From Flavihumibacter sp. (GTDB taxonomy: Bacteria > Bacteroidota > Bacteroidia > Chitinophagales > Chitinophagaceae): a stretch of 64,000 bases of DNA. Within the stretch, counting starts at the first letter, position 1, and each line of letters starts with the position of its first letter. Under the pieces are notes generated by a model. The model did no database searches and had not been told where the DNA came from. It saw only the letters and a list, made by a program, of their open reading frames with translations. A program made the translations under genes and the position numbers. Below are positions 37,100 through 48,767 of the stretch, piece after piece. The stretch spans positions 8,786-72,785 of the forward strand of contig JAKFDZ010000002.1 in assembly GCA_036675925.1 (NCBI GenBank), given 5' to 3'.

Positions 37100-39757
37100 C
37101 TAGCGGATCAACACCATCGTGCCCTTTTTGAAGATTGTTTTGCCGGTAAAATCCGTGCCCTGAACCATCCACACATAGGTGCCGGTTCCCTGAGCATTTC
37201 CATTGATATTTCCATCCCAGCCACGGTTGGCTTCGCGGGTGGAGAATACCAGTTGTCCCCAGCGATTATACACCCGGAAATAATCAAACCTTGCTATGCC
37301 CACCGGCCGTGGACGAAAGACAGTATTTGAACTGCCACCGGGAGTAAACGCATTCGGAACAAAAATATCAGGGTTGGTCCGGAACACGGTTATATTAATG
37401 GTGTCATATGCAAAGCAATCTTCCGGCGTGGAGACCCTGAGTACATAAGTCTGGTTCTGCGAAAGATTTGCTATGGGGTTGGGTATAGTAGTGAAATTTA
37501 GTCCGGTTGAAGGTTCCCATACATAAATATCAGCTCCGGTGCCCTGTAACTGCAGCGGCTGCCCTAATACTATTGCTGTATCATTACCCGCAAACGCCTG
37601 CACCAGCGGCCTAACTCCAACTACCACGGTATCGATTCCGGGTTTGGGACAGCCCTTGTTATCGGTTACCGTTAAAACATAGGATGTTGTTGTTAAAGGG
37701 AAGGCAATGGGACTTAAAGTTTCAGGAGCTATCAAAGTATTTTGGGGACTCCAGCTAAATGATAATCCATTGATGGTGGCATTCAACTGTATTGAATCTT
37801 CATAACAGATGATGATATCTTCCCCCGCAAATGCTCCCGGATAGGGCACGGTGCGGATATTGATATTCTCTGTTTTAGTACACTTGCCAATACTTGCTGT
37901 AACAGCATAGGTTGTTGTTCCAGTGGGCGTTGCAATGGGATTGGAAATAGTGGGATCATTCAGCGATTCTGCCGGCGTCCACTGGTATTTTAATCCATCC
38001 CCAAAAGCCTGTAGCGGTATCGGATCGGTGAGACAAATTGTTGTGTCGGCGGAAGCAGACAAGGTAACCTCATTCACTACACGTACCCTGATAGAATCGC
38101 GGGTGATACAACCATTGTCTTCGAGATCCACAAAATAGGTGGTAGTTGTTTTCGGGTATACCAATGGGTTAGCAATATTCCTGTTGGAAATATTTGTGGC
38201 GGGGCTCCAGGTAAACCGGGGAGCAAGGCTTCCTGGCGAATTGGCCTGTAGTTGTAAACTATCGATACTGCAGATCAGCGTATCACGGAAAGGTAGTTCT
38301 AGAGAGGGCTTGTCGAGCACATCCACCGTTCCGGTGAAGATCTTCTGGCATCCCTTATTGGTTTCAACCGTCAGCCTTACTGTTTTTACTCCAAGGGAAT
38401 TATAGAGATAACTGGGGTTCTGCAGGGTGGAAACATCGAGTGGAGTAGTTTCATCACCAAACTCCCATGACCATTTATTAACGGTTCCGTAGCGTGTATT
38501 TGACGTATCACGAAAATTGAAAGGTGTGAAAAGACAGGCACCCGTATAAGTGAATCCGGGGAAGAAGCCCGGGTAAACTTTGGCAAGAGTAAATGCGGAA
38601 TCAAGGCATTGTCCGCCAGGCAGCATCACCATCAGTTTAACACGATAGGTTCCTGTATCTGCATAAAGGTGCTGAACATTTCCGAGGGCCGCTGTGGATG
38701 TGTCTGTCTTGGTTCCATCACCGAAATCCCATACATGGATGGATCCGGACGGATTTACCTGGCCATTCTGGAAACTGACATTGAAATCATCGCAGAATTT
38801 ATAATCGGGATTAAGTACGGCTTTCAAGGGATTACAATCCGAAACTTTAAGGTGTATATCCTTACGATGTACATTAATGAGTTTTCCCCTCCTGTATTCA
38901 CTGATACAAACCGTTACCACATACTGTCCAACTACATCGGGGGCAAGACCCGTTATGATTCCGGTAAACCGGTTAATACTTACCGATGATCCAAGTGGAC
39001 TGGTGCCTGGATAATTAACCTGGTAGGGTAATCCCCGGTAAGGCGGAGGCGCTGCAGGGTTAGGAGCGGGACAAGTATAGCAATCTTCAGCTTGAGTTCT
39101 TCCCCCACCATCGTAAGCTGAGCATAACTGGTAGGTTAGTGAATCGCCGTCATTGACGTCCCTTGCAGAAAAATCAAATTCAAATCCGGAGCCTGCGCAG
39201 ATGGCTACTGCATCATTTCCCGTGATCTCCGGACTGCTGTTATGCTCATTGGCAGCAAGTGTATTGGTACCGGGAATTTCAGCAAGATAAGTTGCACCTG
39301 TGGCGGCACTGTTTCCGGAGATATTTTCAATACCTGCGATCCTGCAGCAACGCTGGAAAGAAATTATATATCCATCCGGGTCATCCGGCAGATCGATGGT
39401 AGTGCGGTAAAACCGAAGGTTATAACAGATATCGGTTGGCGGATTGGTGATGCAGGGATTTGAATTGGGGTCGTAGCCAATCCTGCTTTCAGAAATAAAG
39501 GGTGCTATAAATGCTGCCCGCAGTTGTGAGTTATTGCTTTTACGGAATACAGTGAAAGGAGCCGACTCATCAAACTGTCCCTGGCTATTCTGGAAGCAGT
39601 CGATGAATAATTTTAGCGTTACCTCGTAACGGGAGCTGTTTGGCGTACTGCCTGCTCCAAGATATTTATAGGTAAGCTCCCCGCCCCTTATATGGTTGGC
39701 TCGGGATACGGTACCCGCGGACATTACGATTATCAGTAGCAGCCAGAATGTTTTCAT
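37100..39757 (-). CDS. PKD-domain surface protein with gliding-motility-associated (type B T9SS) C-terminal domain
   Basis: HIRGGELTY, QRCCR, WDFGDG, FVPNAFTP...VYNRWG...WDG...KKGTMVLIR. Confidence 0.88.
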   Translation of the reverse strand: MKTFWLLLIIVMSAGTVSRANHIRGGELTYKYLGAGSTPNSSRYEVTLKLFIDCFQNSQGQFDESAPFTVFRKSNNSQLRAAFIAPFISESRIGYDPNSNPCITNPPTDICYNLRFYRTTIDLPDDPDGYIISFQRCCRIAGIENISGNSAATGATYLAEIPGTNTLAANEHNSSPEITGNDAVAICAGSGFEFDFSARDVNDGDSLTYQLCSAYDGGGRTQAEDCYTCPAPNPAAPPPYRGLPYQVNYPGTSPLGSSVSINRFTGIITGLAPDVVGQYVVTVCISEYRRGKLINVHRKDIHLKVSDCNPLKAVLNPDYKFCDDFNVSFQNGQVNPSGSIHVWDFGDGTKTDTSTAALGNVQHLYADTGTYRVKLMVMLPGGQCLDSAFTLAKVYPGFFPGFTYTGACLFTPFNFRDTSNTRYGTVNKWSWEFGDETTPLDVSTLQNPSYLYNSLGVKTVRLTVETNKGCQKIFTGTVDVLDKPSLELPFRDTLICSIDSLQLQANSPGSLAPRFTWSPATNISNRNIANPLVYPKTTTTYFVDLEDNGCITRDSIRVRVVNEVTLSASADTTICLTDPIPLQAFGDGLKYQWTPAESLNDPTISNPIATPTGTTTYAVTASIGKCTKTENINIRTVPYPGAFAGEDIIICYEDSIQLNATINGLSFSWSPQNTLIAPETLSPIAFPLTTTSYVLTVTDNKGCPKPGIDTVVVGVRPLVQAFAGNDTAIVLGQPLQLQGTGADIYVWEPSTGLNFTTIPNPIANLSQNQTYVLRVSTPEDCFAYDTINITVFRTNPDIFVPNAFTPGGSSNTVFRPRPVGIARFDYFRVYNRWGQLVFSTREANRGWDGNINGNAQGTGTYVWMVQGTDFTGKTIFKKGTMVLIR

Positions 39758-40542
39758 TAGATGCGATTATGCCCGCCCATATGCAGATCAGTCATGAATT
39801 TTTGAATTGCAGCATTGAACTTTTCAGTTTCCTCCAGCATACCCATATGGCCGGCCTGCTCAAGTATATAAATGTAAGAAAATTCAGGTAGATGAACCTG
39901 TTGCATGGTATCTGCAAAAGGCACTGCCTGGTCTTCTTTCCCAACGATAAAAAGTACCGGAATGGTTGCCTTCCTCAATACTTCTGTTCTATCGGGCCTT
40001 GCTTTCATCGCTTCTAAAAACGCTGCAAGGCTCTCCGGAAGTATATAAGTGTTATCATTTATGATCTTATCTATGGTTTTTACCATTGTTTCACGGTTGG
40101 CCGGGGCAAACAGATTGGCAGTGGCCGTTTGAAGGAAAGCCGCTGATCCATTTTCCCGGATAAAATTGATGCTCTTGGTTCTTGCCTCCTTTTTGGCCTC
40201 CGGATCTGCAAAACCGGTGGAATGAAGCAGGCCAAAACCCCTGAGCCGTTCGGGGTATTTCTCCGCAAAGGCAAGGGTGATATAACCACCCATCGAATGA
40301 CCCAGGATTACCAGGGACTTTATCTTTTCCTTCTCCAGAATTTCCAGGATCTCTTCAGCCATAGATTCCATGCTTAAAGAAGATTGCATGGGCGATTGGC
40401 CGGTACCCGGAAGATCAGGTATCAGGAGTTGGAAATGATTTTTTAATACAGCTACCTGCTTTTCCCAGATGCCACTGTCTTCGCCAAAGCCATGTATAAG
40501 CATCAGCGGTTGTCCCTCGCCGGTAATAGTATAATGCATCAT
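39757..40542 (-). CDS. Alpha/beta hydrolase
   Basis: HGFGE, GHSMGG, GKED, GHMG. Confidence 0.88.
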   Translation of the reverse strand: MMHYTITGEGQPLMLIHGFGEDSGIWEKQVAVLKNHFQLLIPDLPGTGQSPMQSSLSMESMAEEILEILEKEKIKSLVILGHSMGGYITLAFAEKYPERLRGFGLLHSTGFADPEAKKEARTKSINFIRENGSAAFLQTATANLFAPANRETMVKTIDKIINDNTYILPESLAAFLEAMKARPDRTEVLRKATIPVLFIVGKEDQAVPFADTMQQVHLPEFSYIYILEQAGHMGMLEETEKFNAAIQKFMTDLHMGGHNRI

Positions 40543-42155
40543 AGTGCTGGTTTTTTTCTTCTTTTCTTCAGGCTCATTAAGATCAACACAAGTACGCCTG
40601 CAACCATGAATTTTGAAATAAGGTCACCATTTCGCGAAAAAAAGCTCATCTCCGTTCGCAGCGTCACCACTTCCTTTATGGCAACGGCCTTATCCCAGGG
40701 TTGTTGTTGTAATATACGGCCATATGGATCAATAAATGCACTGATTCCTGTATTTGCGCTTCTTGCTATCCATCGCCGGTTTTCAATGGCCCGAAGCCTT
40801 GCATAGAGCAGGTGTTGCTTATGTCCCGATGTATTTCCCCACCATCCATCATTGGTGATGATGCCAATGATATTGGCACCGTTGCGCATAAAGCCAGTCA
40901 TGAAATCACCATAGATGCTTTCATAACAAATTGCTGGTGCGATAGCATACGCATTACCGCTATGGCTGAGCACTGTCCTTTCTTCCTGCCTTGCATAGCC
41001 ACCGGTTGTTCCACCAAATTGTTCCAGCAGGGGGCCAAGGAAATTCAGAAAAGGGGGGAGCAATTCAACTCCCGGTACCAGTTTAGATTTATGATAGCGC
41101 GAGAGAATGCCGGATGAGTCGAGCAGCATGGCGCTATTATACGAATCATACCATAGTTCGGTATCGCGGATGGGTCTTGAATATTTTGATTGCTCACCGC
41201 TGCGATAAATTTTATAGCCTTCCAATCCGCTTAACAAAACAAGCTTTGGATTTTTTGCCAGGAAATCCCAAAGCGGAGTCAGTAAATAGTTGCTTTTGAT
41301 ACTATCTTCTTCAATCCCATTTGGCAGGTTGATAGCTGTTTCCGGCCAAACAAGTAAGCGGGTATTGCTGTCAATTTGTGTAGCGGAAAGCTGAATGAGT
41401 GTGGCCAGTTGTTCATCCTGGGTGCCTACAGTAAATTTTTTATAGGGGTCGATATTGGGTTGAACCACTACAACATTATATGTAGGCTCATTACTCAAAC
41501 CTGCAGCATTGTTTAGCCGCGCATCCTTTTTTTGATTGATGCTGCTTACAAGTATTGATATCAGAATAGGCAGTCCTATACCCGCCAGCAGAGTGATAGA
41601 AATGGCACGGCGTTTATTTTTTTGCAGACTACCGGTACTGTATAGTTGCTTAAACAAAAGCACATTCAAAAGTAATATCCAGAGTGAGCCACCGCTGGTT
41701 CCGGTGAATTCATACCATTGGATCCAGGATGGTTGGGCAGCAAATACATTACCCAACGTGAGCCAGGGCCAGCTAAGATCCCAGCTAAGATGTACATATT
41801 CAAAGGTCATCCAGCAGGCTATAAAAGCCCAGTGGCTGTAGGTGCTTCCAAATCTTTTATCGGCCCAGTAAAATGCCAGCCAGGGAATACTCATGAGTAC
41901 CGTATTCACTATTATGGCAGCTATGGAACCCGGACCGGTAGAATTCCAGATCCACCAGGTGGTGAGTGCATTCCAGGTCATCATTGACAAGGCACACCAA
42001 CCAACAAAGGCCCATTTTCGGGGCTGTTGTTGCGCCAGCAGGAAGAGTGGTATGAGCGCAATGAATATTAAAAAGGTGGTGGGTAATGGAGGCCATGCTG
42101 CAGCCAGTAATATTCCGGATGCCAATGATAAAATGAGGGGATGTATTTTTTTCAA
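40539..42155 (-). CDS. lnt: Apolipoprotein N-acyltransferase
   Basis: VQPNI, WPETA, KLVPGVE, ICYE, TNDGWW, RAIE, SANTGIS; TTG start. Confidence 0.92.
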   Translation of the reverse strand: MKKIHPLILSLASGILLAAAWPPLPTTFLIFIALIPLFLLAQQQPRKWAFVGWCALSMMTWNALTTWWIWNSTGPGSIAAIIVNTVLMSIPWLAFYWADKRFGSTYSHWAFIACWMTFEYVHLSWDLSWPWLTLGNVFAAQPSWIQWYEFTGTSGGSLWILLLNVLLFKQLYSTGSLQKNKRRAISITLLAGIGLPILISILVSSINQKKDARLNNAAGLSNEPTYNVVVVQPNIDPYKKFTVGTQDEQLATLIQLSATQIDSNTRLLVWPETAINLPNGIEEDSIKSNYLLTPLWDFLAKNPKLVLLSGLEGYKIYRSGEQSKYSRPIRDTELWYDSYNSAMLLDSSGILSRYHKSKLVPGVELLPPFLNFLGPLLEQFGGTTGGYARQEERTVLSHSGNAYAIAPAICYESIYGDFMTGFMRNGANIIGIITNDGWWGNTSGHKQHLLYARLRAIENRRWIARSANTGISAFIDPYGRILQQQPWDKAVAIKEVVTLRTEMSFFSRNGDLISKFMVAGVLVLILMSLKKRRKKPAL

Positions 42156-42218
42156 GATGTCTAAAAATGAATTGGAGAAATGTACGGAAAGGTTTTCAAA
42201 AATAACCTATCTGTTCAT

Positions 42219-42263
42219 TTCTCCAAATCTCTCTCCATCCCTCCATCTCTCCATCTCTCCAAA
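42219..42263 (-). repeat. 8-bp repeat (TGGAGRGA)n directly after the guaB stop
   Basis: Same unit family as 4312-4355. Confidence 0.8.
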
Positions 42264-43766
42264 TCATTTCCTGCTATAGTTCGGCGCCTCCTTCGTAATA
42301 TCAACATCATGCGCATGGCTTTCTTTCATTCCCGCATTGGTGATTTTGGTGAACTTCGCCTCGGCTTTGAGTGTTTCAATATCTTTCGCACCGCAATATC
42401 CCATTCCAGCCCTGAGGCCACCCACAAACTGCGCTACCACCTCACGGAGATTACCCTTGAAGGCAACCCTTCCCTCAATACCTTCCGGTACAAGTTTTTT
42501 AATATCATCTTCCACATCCTGGAAATAGCGATCACTTGATCCCTGCGACATGGCGCCGATCGATCCCATTCCACGGTATTCCTTGAACTTACGGCCTTCA
42601 TAAATAATGGTATCACCGGGACTCTCTTCCACGCCTGCGAAAACGCTTCCCATCATTACACAATCGGCCCCCGCGGCTAGTGCTTTTACCATATCACCGG
42701 TATAACGTATACCACCATCCGCAATTATGGGAATACCCAATGGCTTGAGTGCACTGTAGGCTTCCATGATAGCCGTAAGCTGGGGAACGCCGGCGCCCGC
42801 TACGATGCGTGTTGTACAAATAGAACCCGGACCAATTCCGATCTTAACACAATCGGCACCTGCTTCTACCAGCGCTCTTGCACCTTCGGCCGTTCCTACA
42901 TTTCCTGCTATAACCTGGAGACCCTTAAAATTCTTTTTAACATTCTTCACTGCTTCCATTACGCCCTTTGAATGACCATGCGCACTGTCGAGCGTAACGA
43001 TATCTACACCTACATGTTGAAGGGCAGCAACACGGTCGAGCATGTCTTTGGTTATACCAATTGCAGCGCCGGCAAGTAACCTGCCGAATTCATCTTTATT
43101 GGCATTCGGAAAACTGGTGAGTTGAAGAATATCACGATAGGTGATGAGTCCGGCGAGCGTACCATCCTTTCGTACCACCGGAAGTTTTTCGATCTTATAT
43201 TGTTGCAGAATTTTCTCTGCCTTCTTCATGGTAGTGCCTTCGGGGGCGGTGATCAGCTTTTCGCTGGTCATAACCTCACTTACCTTCTTCGATTTGGTAT
43301 TCTCAAAACGGAGATCCCGGTTGGTGAGGATGCCAACCAGTTTATTGTTCTTATCTACAATGGGTATACCACCGATCTTATTCTCTTTCATGAGGCGGAG
43401 GGCATCGCCAATAGTTGATTCAGCCAATAATGTAACGGGGTCGAGGATCATTCCGCTCTCACTTCGCTTAACCTTACGAACCTGCTCTGCCTGCCTTTCA
43501 ATGCTCATGTTTTTATGCAACATTCCAATACCGCCTTCGCGGGCCAGGGCAATTGCCAGGTTGGCTTCGGTAACAGTATCCATCGCTGCACTTAACATCG
43601 GGATGTTAAGACTTATGGTTTTTGTAAGTCGGCTTTGGATATTTACTTCACGGGGTAACACCTGCGAAAATGCAGGAACCAGTAACACATCATCGAAGGT
43701 GAGGCCTTCTCCAAAAAATTTGTGGGATAAATCTATCTTACGGGTGGTGCTCTTTCTTGTTGCCAT
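42264..43766 (-). CDS. guaB: IMP dehydrogenase
   Basis: [19 protein letters not shown] pair, [17 protein letters not shown]. Confidence 0.97.
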   Translation of the reverse strand: MATRKSTTRKIDLSHKFFGEGLTFDDVLLVPAFSQVLPREVNIQSRLTKTISLNIPMLSAAMDTVTEANLAIALAREGGIGMLHKNMSIERQAEQVRKVKRSESGMILDPVTLLAESTIGDALRLMKENKIGGIPIVDKNNKLVGILTNRDLRFENTKSKKVSEVMTSEKLITAPEGTTMKKAEKILQQYKIEKLPVVRKDGTLAGLITYRDILQLTSFPNANKDEFGRLLAGAAIGITKDMLDRVAALQHVGVDIVTLDSAHGHSKGVMEAVKNVKKNFKGLQVIAGNVGTAEGARALVEAGADCVKIGIGPGSICTTRIVAGAGVPQLTAIMEAYSALKPLGIPIIADGGIRYTGDMVKALAAGADCVMMGSVFAGVEESPGDTIIYEGRKFKEYRGMGSIGAMSQGSSDRYFQDVEDDIKKLVPEGIEGRVAFKGNLREVVAQFVGGLRAGMGYCGAKDIETLKAEAKFTKITNAGMKESHAHDVDITKEAPNYSRK

Positions 43767-43769
43767 GTG

Positions 43770-43802
43770 CAAAGATATGGCAGCAGGTAAATTAGTGCCA
43801 AA
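43770..43802 (-). promoter_or_regulatory. Promoter TTTG-N21-TATCTTTG ending 3 nt before the guaB ATG
   Basis: caaagata at 43770-43777, caaa at 43799-43802. Confidence 0.6.
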
Positions 43803-43819
43803 TTTTTGTATAACCCGTT

Positions 43820-44926
43820 CTAAACCATCCTGTATTGCTTGCCCGGAAGGCTTTTGATGATGTTCCTTATTTCAAGATTAAGGATAGCACTGGCAGCGGC
43901 ACCTGAATTCAGACCACTCCGGAGATAAAGTTCATCAATAGCAAGTTGTCCATGGATACCGAGCAGATTTACAATAGTTGCTTCCGCAGTATTTAATTCG
44001 CCAAAGAAGGAAAGCTGGTTGTTTTTCCGGTTGGGATCCTTAGGTAGTTCCCATTGCAGTTCTTCCAGCAGATTATCTGCATCAAGAATAATGGTGGCAG
44101 TATTCCTGCGAAGCATCATATTGCAGCCTGCATTTTTATTATCAGTTGTTCGACCCGGAAATACAAACACAGGATGGTTATAACTTGCTGCAATGGATGC
44201 TGTGATCATACTGCCTCCTTTAAGACCTGTTTCAACTACAACAATGGCATCGCATATACCTGCCACGATGCGGTTGCGGATAGGGAAGTTATGACGGTCG
44301 GGTTTGGTGCCAACTATGAACTCCGTAACCAGCGCGCCCTTGCCCCTCAACATTTCCCTCGCCATGGCAGTATGTTCGCTGGGGTAGATGGTATTCAGTC
44401 CATGTGCCAGCACACCAATGGTAGGGATATCATATTTAATGGCATTTCGATGTGCTAGTCCATCTATTCCGTAGGCCATGCCACTTACAATGGTGATATC
44501 CTTATCACGAAGATCGCGGATCAGTTTCTCCGTCACCTGCCTTCCATATTCACTATGGCTCCTGGTTCCGATAACCGCCACTTTTTTTGGAGCATTGAGA
44601 GAGATATTCCCTTTATAAAATAGCAGGGTAGGAGGATCATAGCAGTCTAAAAGTTTTTTCGGGTAGGCCTCATCGTTTAAGAAGATCATCGACAGTTTAT
44701 ACTGTTCCACATCATTCAGTATTTTCTCGCATGCCCTGAAATCGCGGAATCTACTCAACGATCTCGCAATACCAGTTCCAACTCCTTCTACTAATTCAAG
44801 TTCGGCAGCACTTGCTTTGAATACATCAGTAGCTGATTTGAACTTTTCGATCAGCGCTTTTGCGATTACACAACCCACATGCGGCACCCGTGTAAGCGCC
44901 ACCTGGTACAACCTCTCATCGTCCAT
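43820..44926 (-). CDS. dprA: DNA-processing protein DprA
   Basis: [35 protein letters not shown]-terminal winged helix. Confidence 0.95.
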   Translation of the reverse strand: MDDERLYQVALTRVPHVGCVIAKALIEKFKSATDVFKASAAELELVEGVGTGIARSLSRFRDFRACEKILNDVEQYKLSMIFLNDEAYPKKLLDCYDPPTLLFYKGNISLNAPKKVAVIGTRSHSEYGRQVTEKLIRDLRDKDITIVSGMAYGIDGLAHRNAIKYDIPTIGVLAHGLNTIYPSEHTAMAREMLRGKGALVTEFIVGTKPDRHNFPIRNRIVAGICDAIVVVETGLKGGSMITASIAASYNHPVFVFPGRTTDNKNAGCNMMLRRNTATIILDADNLLEELQWELPKDPNRKNNQLSFFGELNTAEATIVNLLGIHGQLAIDELYLRSGLNSGAAASAILNLEIRNIIKSLPGKQYRMV

Positions 44927-44992
44927 ATCTACTTTTCAATGAAAATAGAATGGCGGAGGGAGTTATACCAGCGTGAAATAACGGTATTTACA

Positions 44993-46918
44993 TTACTGGG
45001 AAATTACCTTCAGTTCCGTGCGGCGGTTAAGTGCGCGTCCCTCTTCGGTATTGTTATCCGCTACAGGTACCGTTGCGCCAAAACCTTTGTGGGTAAGTCG
45101 TTTTGGATCTACGCCATTTTTCACCAGGAAATTCACCACAGAATGAGCCCTGTCATTTGACAGTTTCAAATTGTCGGCCGCCTTCCCAATATTGTCAGTA
45201 TGTCCATTGAGCTGTATGCTTAATGATGGATTTTCTTTTAACAACTGAACGATCCTTTCGAGTTCAACCTCGGAGTTGCTACCCAGTGCAGCACTGTTGG
45301 TTTCGAAGAAAATATTCTTCAAAACGATGGTGGCATTAGCCGTGATAGGCTTAAGCAGGATATCGATATTATAGGTGGAGTCGGGTGATTTCTGGCTTAG
45401 TGAAAAATTCTCCGAATAGAATAAGTAGCCCTTACGGTTAACATTAAACGCATAGTCGCGGCCAATAGGAAGTGTAATAAGATAATGACCCGTTTCATCG
45501 GTTTGTACCTTGCTGATCATCTGGCGGGTAAGGATATCTGTGAGTTCAACAGCAGATGGCAGTCCATCTTTAGTTTTCTCATCCATAACCCTGCCTTTGA
45601 TCCAGAGCGTTTTCACTGGCCGCACATCATTGCGCATGGTGAAGGTGTAGAGGTCGAGTCCCCCTTTACTATCGGCACGGTCGCTGGCATAATAGGCCGT
45701 GCTACCATCGGCAGTAATTACAAGGCTTCCTTCATTTTCTATAGTGTTGATAGGGTAGCCAAGGTTGCGGGGAAGGCTGAAACTTCCTTTCGGACCTTTA
45801 CGCGCCATGAAAAGATCATCGCCACCATAGCCCTGCAATCCATTGGAGGTGAAGTAAAGACTCTGGTTATCGGCATGGATAAAGGGGCAGCTTTCATCAC
45901 CACTGGTGTTGATCTCAGGACCAAGATTTTCGGGTTCACTCCACTTACCGTCAGTGCCGAGGTGCGTTACCCAGATATCATTTCCCCCAAATCCACCATG
46001 GCGTCTGCTGGCGAAATACAAATCCCTTTTGTCGGGCGAGAGGCTGGGCGCTGAGTCCCAGAATTCTGAGTTCACTTTACTTCCCAGGTTAAGGGGTTCA
46101 CTCCAGCCTTGAGGTGTTAGGTAGGAAATATAGAGATCGCAACTTCCCAGTCCATCCGGGAAATTACAACCGGTAAACACCAGCCACTGGCCATCCTGTG
46201 AAATGGATTGTGCGCCCTCATTGAGGTTTGAGTTGATCATGCCCGTTAGTCCGCTGCTGCGGTTCCATTTCCCCCCTTCGATGCGGGTTTCATAAAAATC
46301 CTCATTATAATTATTGACGCGGCGGGTGAAGATCAGCTGGCTGTTATCGATGGTGAGGGTTGGATAATATTCTGACACGGCACTGTTCACACTATCGCCG
46401 AGGTTAATGGGCGTGAAATTGTAATTGGCTATATCCGGATTCTTTGCCTGTTCCAATGCAAAGAGGTAACAGCGTCGGCGGTAGGAAGACGCCCGCTGAC
46501 TGCTTTCATTAAGATCGTTAACCATCATGAAGCTGTTCACGGCTTTCAGGGCATCTTCAAAGCGGCCCTTTCCGGCAAGATTGATTGAGTAGGGGAGGTT
46601 ATAATCGCGGAAGTAGTTTGAATCAATTGACTTAGCCCTTTCATAATGCAGGATCGCATTATCATAATCTTTCATTTCACCATACATGCCGGCAATAGAA
46701 AGCCAGGCATCCGCAAATGATGGATCTATTTTAACCGCATCTTTAAGGAGCCTTATGCCTTCGGGAAAATTATCATTCTCTGCCTGTTGCATTGCCTGCT
46801 GGTAAAGTTTAGCAGCCTTTGCATTGATCTTATCGGGATTGTATTGTTGTGCATTAAGCGGGAGGGTGCAGGTTATAGCAAAGGCTATAGTAATAAAAAT
46901 GGCTATTCGTTTCAGCAT
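44993..46918 (-). CDS. TPR / PD40 / OmpA-domain protein (PorE-like architecture)
   Basis: N-terminal TPR, repeated NLG..IN PD40 units, GHTDN..NLKLS..RA, NRRTE. Confidence 0.85.
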   Translation of the reverse strand: MLKRIAIFITIAFAITCTLPLNAQQYNPDKINAKAAKLYQQAMQQAENDNFPEGIRLLKDAVKIDPSFADAWLSIAGMYGEMKDYDNAILHYERAKSIDSNYFRDYNLPYSINLAGKGRFEDALKAVNSFMMVNDLNESSQRASSYRRRCYLFALEQAKNPDIANYNFTPINLGDSVNSAVSEYYPTLTIDNSQLIFTRRVNNYNEDFYETRIEGGKWNRSSGLTGMINSNLNEGAQSISQDGQWLVFTGCNFPDGLGSCDLYISYLTPQGWSEPLNLGSKVNSEFWDSAPSLSPDKRDLYFASRRHGGFGGNDIWVTHLGTDGKWSEPENLGPEINTSGDESCPFIHADNQSLYFTSNGLQGYGGDDLFMARKGPKGSFSLPRNLGYPINTIENEGSLVITADGSTAYYASDRADSKGGLDLYTFTMRNDVRPVKTLWIKGRVMDEKTKDGLPSAVELTDILTRQMISKVQTDETGHYLITLPIGRDYAFNVNRKGYLFYSENFSLSQKSPDSTYNIDILLKPITANATIVLKNIFFETNSAALGSNSEVELERIVQLLKENPSLSIQLNGHTDNIGKAADNLKLSNDRAHSVVNFLVKNGVDPKRLTHKGFGATVPVADNNTEEGRALNRRTELKVISQ

Positions 46919-46991
46919 AGATTTTAAACTGGTCTTACTACAACGAAAGTTAGGCCATTATATTAGAGGGAAATGTGAAAAAACCACCTTC

Positions 46992-47594
46992 TCAGGGCAC
47001 ATTGATGTACTTATGGCTCTGGATGCTAAGTTCCCAGCGGGGGTGCGCTTTGATATAATCGATGATAAGGGGCAGCATTTGTTCCTTTTTTCCCCATTCG
47101 GGCTGGAGGTAAAGTTTGCAGGCAGGCTTCACTTCTGCAGCCCATTTTTCTGCCCAATCAAAATCCGTTTTATTAAATACAACCACTTTAAGTTCATCCG
47201 CAGCCTGTACCACTTCGGGCAGGGGAAATTTAAATTTCTTGGGTGAAAGGCAGATCCAGTCCCAGTTTCCACTGAGCTCACTACTTCCCGAAGTTTCAAT
47301 ATTGGTCTCAAATCCAGCCTCCTTCAGCGCACTTGTAAGGTCGTTCAGATCATGTAATAATGGCTCACCTCCGGTGATCACTGCAAGCCTGCCCGGGTAT
47401 TCTTTTGCATTTTCCACGATCTCTTCAATGGATTGTTTCGGATGAAGGGATTCATCCCAGCTTTCTTTCACATCGCACCAGCTGCAGCCTACATCACAGC
47501 CACCGAGCCTGATAAAATAGGCTGCCCTGCCCTGGTGAAAACCTTCCCCCTGGAGGGTATAAAATGATTCCATTACCGGCAAACTCAACATCAC
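46992..47594 (-). CDS. queE: 7-carboxy-7-deazaguanine synthase (radical SAM)
   Basis: TLQGEG, CDVGCSWCD, TGGEP, ETSG, SPK, QSHK. Confidence 0.93.
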   Translation of the reverse strand: MMLSLPVMESFYTLQGEGFHQGRAAYFIRLGGCDVGCSWCDVKESWDESLHPKQSIEEIVENAKEYPGRLAVITGGEPLLHDLNDLTSALKEAGFETNIETSGSSELSGNWDWICLSPKKFKFPLPEVVQAADELKVVVFNKTDFDWAEKWAAEVKPACKLYLQPEWGKKEQMLPLIIDYIKAHPRWELSIQSHKYINVP

Positions 47595-47627
47595 TCAATT
47601 TTTAAATTTCAACTTCCTCACTTCAAA

Positions 47628-47655
47628 TCTTACATCTTACCTCTTACTTCTTACC
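47628..47655. repeat. Heptamer tandem repeat (TCTTACN)x4
   Basis: Same unit as 26283-26345; lies just after the folD stop. Confidence 0.85.
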
Positions 47656-47661
47656 TGCCCG

Positions 47662-48537
47662 TCAGTTTTTATCCACACAGGCCTTAAAAGTGTTCTTCAT
47701 CAGGGCTGCAATGGTCATGGGACCAACACCGCCCGGAACAGGCGTAATATAGCTGCATTTAGGAGCTACCGACGCAAATTCAACATCCCCTTTCAAGGCG
47801 AAGCCCGATTTCTTGGAAGCATCTGCAACACGAGTAATACCCACATCAATAACAATGGCGCCATCTTTCACCATATCAGCTTTTACAAATTCAGGGATGC
47901 CAAGTGCAGCTACGATTATATCGGCGCTCCTGCAAAGCTCAGCAAGATTTTTTGTATGTGAATGCGTAATGGTGACGGTGCAATTACCCGGCTCAGCACT
48001 CTGGCTCAAAAGAATACTCATTGGCCGCCCGACTATATTACTACGGCCAATTACCACTGCGTGCATCCCTTTGGTGCTGATCTTATAATGTTGCATCATT
48101 AATATTATGCCATAGGGGGTGGCGGGAATAAAAGTGTCTAGTCCCTGAACCATACGGCCAACATTCACCGGGTGAAATCCATCCACATCTTTGGAAGGGA
48201 GGATGGTATTGATCACTTTTTCATCAGAAATATGCTTGGGAAGGGGTAATTGTACAAGTATCCCATCAATATCGGGGTCTTCGTTCAGTTCTTCAATAAC
48301 GGATAAAAGCTTGTTCTCACTGATCTCGTCTTCCAGCCTTATAAGGGTTGATTTGTAGCCAATCTCCTGGCAGGCTTTCACTTTGGCTGCCACGTAAGTT
48401 TCGCTGGCACCATTGGATCCAACCAAAACAGCGGCCAGGTGGGGTATCTTTTTTCCTTCGGTTACGAGCTGTGCCACCTTGATTTTCAATTCATCCTTGG
48501 TCGCTTTTGAAACCAGTTGTCCATCTAAAATTTGCAT
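47662..48537 (-). CDS. folD: Methylenetetrahydrofolate dehydrogenase/cyclohydrolase
   Basis: [35 protein letters not shown]. Confidence 0.96.
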   Translation of the reverse strand: MQILDGQLVSKATKDELKIKVAQLVTEGKKIPHLAAVLVGSNGASETYVAAKVKACQEIGYKSTLIRLEDEISENKLLSVIEELNEDPDIDGILVQLPLPKHISDEKVINTILPSKDVDGFHPVNVGRMVQGLDTFIPATPYGIILMMQHYKISTKGMHAVVIGRSNIVGRPMSILLSQSAEPGNCTVTITHSHTKNLAELCRSADIIVAALGIPEFVKADMVKDGAIVIDVGITRVADASKKSGFALKGDVEFASVAPKCSYITPVPGGVGPMTIAALMKNTFKACVDKN

Positions 48538-48767
48538 GGCGCAAAGGTAACGTGCGGTTTATTCAGGGAAAAATGGATTTTTTTTAATATTTAAGACAGC
48601 ATTCTGTTAAATTTATTGTCTTATTAATGGCGTCAACAGTTCAACAAGCCTGGATTAGATTCTCCTCTCTGACAAAAGACACAAAGCAAAATCGTTTTAC
48701 CACACTTCCTGAATCTCTTACCGTAGAGACTTTTCTTATTGGGTTATTATAACCCGCCACTTTAAAA

